Shown: piece by piece, positions 18,097 through 24,174 of the stretch
Position numbering within the stretch: the first letter of the stretch is position 1
Layout of the letters: each line of letters opens with the position of its first letter
Virus record (IMG/VR): IMGVR_UViG_3300037502_000756
Location: 1 to 62,544 of that record
Length of the DNA stretch: 62,544 nucleotides
Strand: one strand, 5' to 3'
DNA from: a virus
Lineage: Duplodnaviria; Caudoviricetes
The notes under the pieces: model-generated
Seen by the model: only the letters and a program-made list of their open reading frames with translations
Database searches by the model: none
Told to the model about the DNA's origin: nothing
Made by a program: the position numbers and the translations under genes

Positions 18097-18256
18097 CATC
18101 TTCATCATCTTCCTCCATGAAGAACTCATTGGCACGGGCCATGTCGGCCACGTCGTCCTCGCTCATGTACTTCAGGCAAGCCATGATGACCGTGTCGCGG
18201 TCGAGCAAGCCTTCCTCTACCATTTCGAGGACTTTGTCTGTTGTTTGGCGGGTCAT
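18083..18256 (-). CDS. Small highly acidic protein
   Basis: 57 aa, ACL.YMSEDDV.DM...N, tail EEDDEDDEDQ. Confidence 0.65.
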   Translation of the reverse strand: MTRQTTDKVLEMVEEGLLDRDTVIMACLKYMSEDDVADMARANEFFMEEDDEDDEDQ

Positions 18257-18257
18257 G

Positions 18258-18551
18258 TCAGTCCTTCGGACCCGTCGGGCGGGTCGGGTTGTAGACAAAA
18301 TGGGTCTGGCCTTCCTTGGCGGCGGTTGACCGGCTCACCCTGAACGGTGCGCCCAGGGCCTTGAGCACCTCGTTCATATGGCTTGCCGTCGTCACGGTGT
18401 AGTACCCGTGCCAATAAAAAACTACCGCACCATCGGTCTTCACCGCTATGGGGTGCCCGTGCAGCCAGTAGGTCTGCCCATCCGTCGTTGCGTTGTGGCA
18501 GGTGCCGTTGTTCCCGGCGACGAAGGCACGGGCGAGTTCGGGTTTGTTCAT
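18258..18551 (-). CDS. Hypothetical protein (Y.LHG..IA...T.TT..H.N family)
   Basis: ATGA coupling. Confidence 0.65.
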   Translation of the reverse strand: MNKPELARAFVAGNNGTCHNATTDGQTYWLHGHPIAVKTDGAVVFYWHGYYTVTTASHMNEVLKALGAPFRVSRSTAAKEGQTHFVYNPTRPTGPKD

Positions 18552-18787
18552 ACCTTCATTTCCAGTTCACCGTCGTTGTTACGCACGAAATGCGCAGCGG
18601 CCATCTCGTAGGCCAGCGGGTTGTGCGCCCAGTGGAGTTCGATCTCATCCGGGCAGTCTTCGTTACCCTTGATGATGGCCGAGCGGCACTCGGTCAGTGC
18701 CTTGCCAGGGCACGGGGGCATCGCACGCAGATGCGTTCTGAAAAGCCAAGCCATGTCACATGGCTTGTTGATAAATGTGTCAGCCAT
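18548..18787 (-). CDS. Hypothetical protein (WL..THL...GNEDCP)
   Basis: AGGAG RBS. Confidence 0.6.
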   Translation of the reverse strand: MADTFINKPCDMAWLFRTHLRAMPPCPGKALTECRSAIIKGNEDCPDEIELHWAHNPLAYEMAAAHFVRNNDGELEMKV

Positions 18788-18835
18788 TGTCGCTCCTATG
18801 TTTACCAGTAAACAAGCCCCCTCGGGGGCACGGGG

Positions 18836-19165
18836 TCAGGTGAAATACCGTCCGACGATGGCGGTGTCCTCGGCACCCCAGCGGAACACCACGCCGCTGA
18901 AGTACGTCTCGCTCACGATCATGTGCCAGCTCGCCAGGGGCGAAGTCTCGGCCACGACCATCGCCCACCCCATCGGGTGGCGGGCTTCGCGGGTGACGAA
19001 TTGTGCGTCGAGCACGTCGTACCACACACCCTTGTACTGCACGAACCGGGCGGTGTAGTCGCCGTCCTTGGCGACGTAGTCGAAGTCGGCCCGCACCTTC
19101 TCCGGGAGGTCGAGCAGGCACGCCAGCGGGCGTGGGTGGTTGTTGGTAATGATGTTCATGTTCAT
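18836..19165 (-). CDS. Hypothetical protein (ITNNHPR...F..YKG.WYD...SET.FSG family)
   Basis: Recurrent phage family. Confidence 0.65.
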   Translation of the reverse strand: MNMNIITNNHPRPLACLLDLPEKVRADFDYVAKDGDYTARFVQYKGVWYDVLDAQFVTREARHPMGWAMVVAETSPLASWHMIVSETYFSGVVFRWGAEDTAIVGRYFT

Positions 19166-19221
19166 CTCACTCTCTGGTGATACCCCCGTAGGGGCGGGTT
19201 GTGGGCACGTCAGTGCCCGGT

Positions 19222-19485
19222 TCACTCCCACCAGTCGCCGCCAGCGACGTCGGGCCTGCACTGCACCCCGATCATGCGAGCCAGTTCGCCCCGCGCTTGG
19301 GCGCGGATCTTCTCGGGTTCATCCCACACCGAGGGACTGAACCTCCATGCGCCAAGCCTGCCCGATTGGCCAAGCTCGACCGATACGTTCCCGTATCGGT
19401 CTTCGACCACCTTCATGGTGATCCCCGGGGGCACGGGGCTGAGAAGCCCCTGCACGTACCCGGCACGCTGTCCCTTCGCTACCAT
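19222..19485 (-). CDS. Hypothetical protein
   Basis: GGAGG RBS, directly follows the DUF1874 gene. Confidence 0.5.
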   Translation of the reverse strand: MVAKGQRAGYVQGLLSPVPPGITMKVVEDRYGNVSVELGQSGRLGAWRFSPSVWDEPEKIRAQARGELARMIGVQCRPDVAGGDWWE

Positions 19486-19486
19486 C

Positions 19487-19774
19487 TCACACCTCCACAC
19501 GAACCCAATCGAACCCGAACCCCTCGGGCAGGGTCACGCAACCCTCGGGCAGGCGCCCACCGCGCAACTGAGCGACGTACAGCACGTCTCCGGGCTGCAA
19601 GGTCACGCTGATGCGTGCCATGGGCACGCCGAGCACGGCTGCAGTGTCGGCATGGCCGACGCAGCTCACCAAGCCCTCGCGCGAGGGCTCACCGCACGCC
19701 GACAGGCGCACGAAGGCCAGCAGGTGCCTCGGCACCATGCCCAGGGAAAACGCGTTTCCAATATAGGTAGTCAC
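19487..19774 (-). CDS. acrIII-1: DUF1874 / AcrIII-1-like viral ring nuclease (anti-type III CRISPR)
   Basis: 95 aa from a GTG start with a GGAG RBS. Family motifs in order: YIGNAFSLGM, SCVGHADTA (catalytic GH), RISVTL.PGD.LYV.Q, RLPEG. Confidence 0.8.
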   Translation of the reverse strand: MTTYIGNAFSLGMVPRHLLAFVRLSACGEPSREGLVSCVGHADTAAVLGVPMARISVTLQPGDVLYVAQLRGGRLPEGCVTLPEGFGFDWVRVEV

Positions 19775-20374
19775 AAAACTCTCCGGTTTTCGCAGCACAT
19801 GCTGCCTAGAGCGCTCGTTGCACCGGCTCCGCAGGGCGTGCACCGTGCGGATGATTTGCGCGAAGCGCTCTAGGCAGGGGGCAGAACCCCCTGCGATGTT
19901 GCGACTACGGTCTCGCCCCACGCTTTCGCGTTGTGCTGATTAGGCACGCGGGATCCCCGCTCATGTCGTCGCTATTTGTTGTCGGTTGACGTTTAGGTAT
20001 CGTCAACAACCTGCACAGAGTCTTTCCTCTGCGGCCTACGCGCCAATCGGATTCTTACCGTCGGTCACGTCGAGGAACTGAACTTCACCCCGTTTGTTCT
20101 GCCGTAGGCAGGTGTGTCGGGCTAGATCAGTATCTTGCCAGCGCGTTTATTGGTAAACGCGCAAAACCCCGGCCAATAGTGCGTTACACGCAGCGCTACC
20201 TGCGTGTTCGGCACCGACGCCGGTACTGACAAAAGCTGTCGATCAGTGGACATCGCATGTGACCGTATATCACACACGAAGCCAGACAGGCGGCGTAAGC
20301 CGCTAAAGAGCATTGCGTTTACTGGTAAACGCACCGGGTTAGCCCGGTGTCAGCAGGTTGATCTCCCACCGACA
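19775..20374 (-). ncRNA. Candidate ~600-nt structured leader / ncRNA
   Basis: More than 15 stems. G-U pairs and a GAAA tetraloop work on the minus strand. Lies between a consensus promoter and the first gene, with no credible ORF. Confidence 0.65.
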
Positions 20375-20379
20375 AATAC

Positions 20380-20408
20380 ATTGTAACACAATGTGTCCTT
20401 TATGTCAA
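20380..20408 (-). promoter_or_regulatory. Strong sigma70 early promoter TTGACA-N17-TACAAT
   Basis: Perfect -35, 17-nt spacer, 5/6 match at -10. Confidence 0.85.
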
Positions 20409-20433
20409 GTCAATGGCGTTGTCAAGGGGTCTG

Positions 20434-21411
20434 TTAGGCACGGGTCTTCGGCCTCGACCTAGCACCCTTCGGTCTTCCACCCTTTGCACGCTGCCTCAAC
20501 GGCTCCACATTGTGAGTGTCACACCACGCCAACCAGCGCTTCCCGAAGTCGTCAGACAATGTCGCCTGATCTGCAAGTCCTTCGATCAAACGCGAAGCCA
20601 AAGTAGACATAAGCATGATGTTCCCCGCCTCGAAGGGCTTGGTCGTGTCCAACCTCCCGATCCTCGCTACGGCACCCTTGGCACCCTCTACACCACCCGC
20701 CACGTCGAACCTGTCGTAACTCAACGGCAGACCCAACACTATGCACGCTTCGGGGTACAAGCGTTGCCCTCGGTATGAGATCAGTGCATCGACGGGCTCG
20801 AACTTCCCATACGCCTTCACTGTACCTGGGCGGGAATACGTGTCGGTAAGATATGCACTGGCACGGGCTTGACTCACTGCCCACCGCAGGTGCTTCCAAC
20901 GTTCGTCCTCCTTGTACTCCTGCGAGACCTTCGCCTTGACCGGGGCTGGCGGCTCACACCCCCTGCGCACCATGCTGACACTCACGTCGAACAGCTTGGC
21001 CACCGCCTCCACGATGTTGCGCATGCTCTCGGCACCGTACTTTGCACGGAGCTTTTCCACCATCGCCTCCATGGCGCGAGCACGGACCTTGACCATGCTC
21101 TTCTTTGAGAACGACCGTTCTTCGACAGTCATCCTGTCGGTGTACATATCAGCCTCGCTGGTCCTCTGCGCCTCTTCAAACCTGACATCCCTTGGCGATG
21201 CTTCGGGCTCGATGTGCTGCGCAAGTGCGAGCGCTTTCATGTTCTCTTCATTTGCGGCGAAACGGTAGTTCAAAAAGTACCACCCGCTGTACTTTGGCAC
21301 GGGCTTGTGCCAGACCGCGGTACTGTTGTTTTCGTTGGGACGGAAGACGGGCCTGCCCGCGCTGTCGAGGTAGGTGGTCGTGAAGATCTTGTGAAGGAAG
21401 GCGTACTCCAT
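20434..21411 (-). CDS. Hypothetical protein with HTH-like segment and degenerate HNH-like C-terminus
   Basis: VAKLFDVSVSMVRR. C.VLG.PL...RIGRLDTTKPFEAGNIMLMS..AS resembles the SIDRID..KGY..GN...IS..AN pattern. Confidence 0.55.
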   Translation of the reverse strand: MEYAFLHKIFTTTYLDSAGRPVFRPNENNSTAVWHKPVPKYSGWYFLNYRFAANEENMKALALAQHIEPEASPRDVRFEEAQRTSEADMYTDRMTVEERSFSKKSMVKVRARAMEAMVEKLRAKYGAESMRNIVEAVAKLFDVSVSMVRRGCEPPAPVKAKVSQEYKEDERWKHLRWAVSQARASAYLTDTYSRPGTVKAYGKFEPVDALISYRGQRLYPEACIVLGLPLSYDRFDVAGGVEGAKGAVARIGRLDTTKPFEAGNIMLMSTLASRLIEGLADQATLSDDFGKRWLAWCDTHNVEPLRQRAKGGRPKGARSRPKTRA

Positions 21412-21570
21412 GAGGGGCTCCGGGGGTTGGCACCGCGCAGGCGGCAGACGCACCCCGACGAAGTCGGGGGCAGGTCGTATTATAGCGAAATTCTTGCGGC
21501 GTGTTGGTAATGTGGGCCTGCTTCCTATAAACGCGTTTAGCCAGTAAGGAAACGTTCTAGATAACAGGGG

Positions 21571-21921
21571 TGGATGTTCCTGGATGTTCCAGTTTTTTGG
21601 GATGCTGCAAGTCGTTGTCAGGGCTCAGGATCGGCGTTTTTGACGGTACGGGGTTGTAATTGGGGAAATTAATATGCGGTTTGGAGGGTCCGTGAATCAT
21701 CTGTAATTTGAAATCAAAAATAATTGGTGGGACTTTTGCGATGACGAAATAAAAACACAATAAAAATTCTAAAAACATAGGGTTACTACTACTCTAGGAA
21801 TAATGTTAGTTTTCTCTATTATAAGGAACATTGGAACACGGAGCCCCCGCCCCTGCCAAATCAACGACTTACGCGGTGCCAAAAAAACTAAATAATCGGA
21901 ACACGCCGGAACTTTGGAACA
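21571..21921. other. Candidate replication origin
   Basis: AT-rich core flanked by imperfect inverted arms, oppositely oriented GGAACA/TGTTCC hexamers, and an IHF-consensus site AATCAACGACTTA at 21859-21871. Confidence 0.6.
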
Positions 21922-22075
21922 CGGGCTCGCCCACTGCCGTTTACCAGTAAACGCCGCTCGCGTGCTGCCAGGGAACGGGTGTCAGCGCAGAGCGCTGCGT
22001 CCTCGATGGGTCGGCTGCGTTTACCAGTAAACGCGGTTCGCTACGTGCAATCCGTCCGCGCAGTGTGTGCGTGGG

Positions 22076-22125
22076 CTCGCGTGCCGCTTGTGTCCTCGCG
22101 TGCCGCTTGTGTCCTCGCGTGCCGC
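22076..22125. repeat. 19-bp tandem repeat CTCGCGTGCCGCTTGTGTC, about 2.6 copies
   Basis: Units at 22076, 22095 and a partial unit at 22114. Further CTCGCGT copies lie nearby. Confidence 0.85.
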
Positions 22126-22185
22126 CCTGGGTGCCGTGCGTGCTCGCGTACTCGCGTGCTTTTGACACCCGGTCCTTGCGGACAC

Positions 22186-22245
22186 AAAAAAACCCGCAGG
22201 GCGTGAACCCTGCGGGCACAAAAAAGCCCCGACTTTCGTCGGGGC
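22186..22245 (-). terminator. Two back-to-back intrinsic terminators
   Basis: Minus strand GCCCCGAC-GAAA-GTCGGGGC-T6, then CCCGCAGGG-loop-CCCTGCGGG-T7. Confidence 0.88.
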
Positions 22246-22250
22246 TGGTG

Positions 22251-22460
22251 TCAATCGCGGGTCAACTCTAGCACAAGGGATCCAATTTCATCTGCCAGTA
22301 GATACCAACGTTCAATTCTCCGCGCTACTTCCCGAGGGTCGACCGTATCTTGTGTCGTTTGTGTTTCCTTCAAAGCTTCGAAGGCTTTTAGTTCCGCAAA
22401 TTCCCTAGCCGCAAATATCGCAGTCTCAAGCTTGATTTGATTCGAGGTTTTCAACTTCAT
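22251..22460 (-). CDS. Hypothetical early protein
   Basis: GGAG RBS, lies between a palindrome and the terminators. Confidence 0.55.
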   Translation of the reverse strand: MKLKTSNQIKLETAIFAAREFAELKAFEALKETQTTQDTVDPREVARRIERWYLLADEIGSLVLELTRD

Positions 22461-22505
22461 GATGCGCTCCAAAGAATGCCCCGGCCTAGGCCGGGGCAAG
22501 TGTTA

Positions 22506-23069
22506 TTAGGCCTTGTTCCTTTCGATCAAGGCGAGTATTTTCTGCGCACTATCACGGCAAGCCGTGATGTCATCCAGGGTCCAGGACTTCAAGCCCTGGA
22601 CATTGGCGCACAGTGCGACAAGCGCCAGCTTCCATCCTTGCGGGGTGTTGAGCGACACCCCGTCATTTGTCGCTTTGTCAGTCTTTTCCTTAGCTTTGCG
22701 GCCCGTGTCGCTAAGGCTCGGGAATTCCTCGGGAAACTTTTTGAAAAGTCCGGCCGGGGCGGGAAACCCCGCCCCGCCTTCATCTTCGCAGGCTTCAAGA
22801 GCTTTCCGGGCATCGGCGGCCTTCGCGGCCAGGATGCGCTTCGCGTTAGATGCGTAGCTGGCGCCGTTTGTGAGCGCCGCCAATTCCTTGCCCAGAGCCT
22901 CACCCTCGGCCTTCGCCGTTTCCGTACCCATTGCGGCGAGCCGCAACACTGCAGCAGTGAACCTCTTGCTGAAACCATCCATCTTACCCTTCGCCGCAAT
23001 CGCGCCGGTAGCTGCAGCTACCGCTGCAGCCCGCAGTTCTGCGGGGGTCTTAGGGGTCTTGATAGCCAT
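22506..23069 (-). CDS. Ala/Lys-rich hypothetical early protein
   Basis: GAGG RBS, 187 aa, has its own promoter. Confidence 0.7.
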   Translation of the reverse strand: MAIKTPKTPAELRAAAVAAATGAIAAKGKMDGFSKRFTAAVLRLAAMGTETAKAEGEALGKELAALTNGASYASNAKRILAAKAADARKALEACEDEGGAGFPAPAGLFKKFPEEFPSLSDTGRKAKEKTDKATNDGVSLNTPQGWKLALVALCANVQGLKSWTLDDITACRDSAQKILALIERNKA

Positions 23070-23119
23070 GATATTACCTCTATCGGGTTACATCGCATCG
23101 GGATTGTTGCGATGGATGA

Positions 23120-23163
23120 ACTATAGCACTTCCACAATTCCCGTCAACATCTTTACCGGTAAA
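23120..23163 (-). promoter_or_regulatory. sigma70 promoter TTGACG-N16-(TGn)TATAGT with adjacent palindrome TTTACCGGTAAA
   Basis: Extended -10. The palindrome at 23152-23163 lies 4 nt upstream of the -35. Confidence 0.7.
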
Positions 23164-23238
23164 CCAGACCCACCGTCCCCCCACCCCCCGCTGTGGCTTT
23201 GGAGTCCCGCCCGCTCGCTACGCTGTATTCGACACCCA

Positions 23239-23337
23239 CGATGACCACGCTAAAAACGGCGACGCACTTTAAGAACGACATAACGGCGATGACCACGCTA
23301 AAAACGGCGACGCACTTTAAAAGTTACATAACGGCGA
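23239..23337. repeat. 48-bp tandem duplication
   Basis: 23239-23286 versus 23287-23334, differing only in a 5-nt patch. AACGGCGA occurs four times. Confidence 0.9.
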
Positions 23338-23435
23338 CACAATAAAAGTACCCCCGGGGGGCACTAAATCCCCAGTGCCCAGACGAAGTCCGCTATAGGA
23401 AACACCCCCCGTCGATGGTACCTAAAGTACCCGCC

Positions 23436-23503
23436 GTGCTATGGAACCAAAATGGACAGCGAAGCGGCCTGTGCTATGGAACCAAAATGGGTAGCGAAGC
23501 GGC
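23436..23503. repeat. 33-bp tandem duplication (period 35)
   Basis: GTGCTATGGAACCAAAATGG(AC/GT)AGCGAAGCGGC twice. Confidence 0.9.
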
Positions 23504-23506
23504 AGG

Positions 23507-23536
23507 TTGACACGAAGACCGCCCGTGCGGTACAGT
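23507..23536 (+). promoter_or_regulatory. Candidate promoter TTGACA-N18-TACAGT for the packaging/structural arm
   Basis: Perfect -35 immediately after the tandem repeat. Confidence 0.5.
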
Positions 23537-23559
23537 AGTTTTACGCCCAGGTGCGGCGC

Positions 23560-24171
23560 ATGGAAGCCACCATGATCGAAGCTGAAGTCGAAGACTTCGT
23601 CCCATTGCCTACGGGCGGAGGTTCCCGGAGCCTGTCGTACAACGAACTGAGGGCCCGTGCCCAGGCAGCGTGCAACACCGCTGGGATCTTGATTGCCGAA
23701 GGGTACGAAGACGAGCCGCCTGACCCGGACGAGGTGCGCAAAGCCGCTCGAAACACGCTGCGTGCGGCCAACAGGACTGATCCCGTGCCGAAGGAAGCCA
23801 GCGCCGCGCTGGAGACCCCGGAGGGTGCCTATCACGTCAATGCGATCCTGACCCAGTACGACATGGATGTGGTGCGCGATGCCAAGCGCCTGCGCCACTA
23901 CGTGACCAATAGGCTGGTCTTGGAGACTGAGAACCCAGACCCCCGCATCAGGATGAAGGCCCTTGAGTTGCTCGGGAAGGTCAGCGACGTGGGTCTGTTC
24001 ACCGAGCGCACCGAGATCACCGTCAACAACCGCTCGACAGTCGATCTTGAGAACTCCCTGCGCGACAAGTTGCGCAGGCTCATGGGTACTGGGGACGCCG
24101 AGGAGGCGGTCGTGCTGGCTCCGCCCATCGACCTTGTGACGCCCATTGATGTGAACGCCGTTTTGGGTTGA
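23560..24171 (+). CDS. terS: Putative terminase small subunit
   Basis: Directly precedes TerL. R.KALELLGK...VGLF.E motif. Confidence 0.7.
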   Translation: MEATMIEAEVEDFVPLPTGGGSRSLSYNELRARAQAACNTAGILIAEGYEDEPPDPDEVRKAARNTLRAANRTDPVPKEASAALETPEGAYHVNAILTQYDMDVVRDAKRLRHYVTNRLVLETENPDPRIRMKALELLGKVSDVGLFTERTEITVNNRSTVDLENSLRDKLRRLMGTGDAEEAVVLAPPIDLVTPIDVNAVLG

Positions 24172-24174
24172 CAT

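Noticed and set aside
19874-19894. tRNA T-arm-like GGGGGUUCUGCCCCC
   Set aside because: No D-arm, anticodon arm or acceptor stem/CCA could be built around it.
19895-19975. Hammerhead, twister or c-di-GMP riboswitch inside the leader
   Set aside because: The conserved cores (CUGANGA..GAAA, twister L4, GEMM consensus) could not be matched by eye.
19775-20386. ORFs 20122-20334, 20204-20386 and the N-terminal extension of 19487-19921
   Set aside because: No RBS or protein-like features, and they overlap the structured RNA. The true start is the GTG at 19774.
23239-23503. Mini CRISPR array
   Set aside because: Only two adjacent copies of each unit with no unique spacers, and no cas genes.
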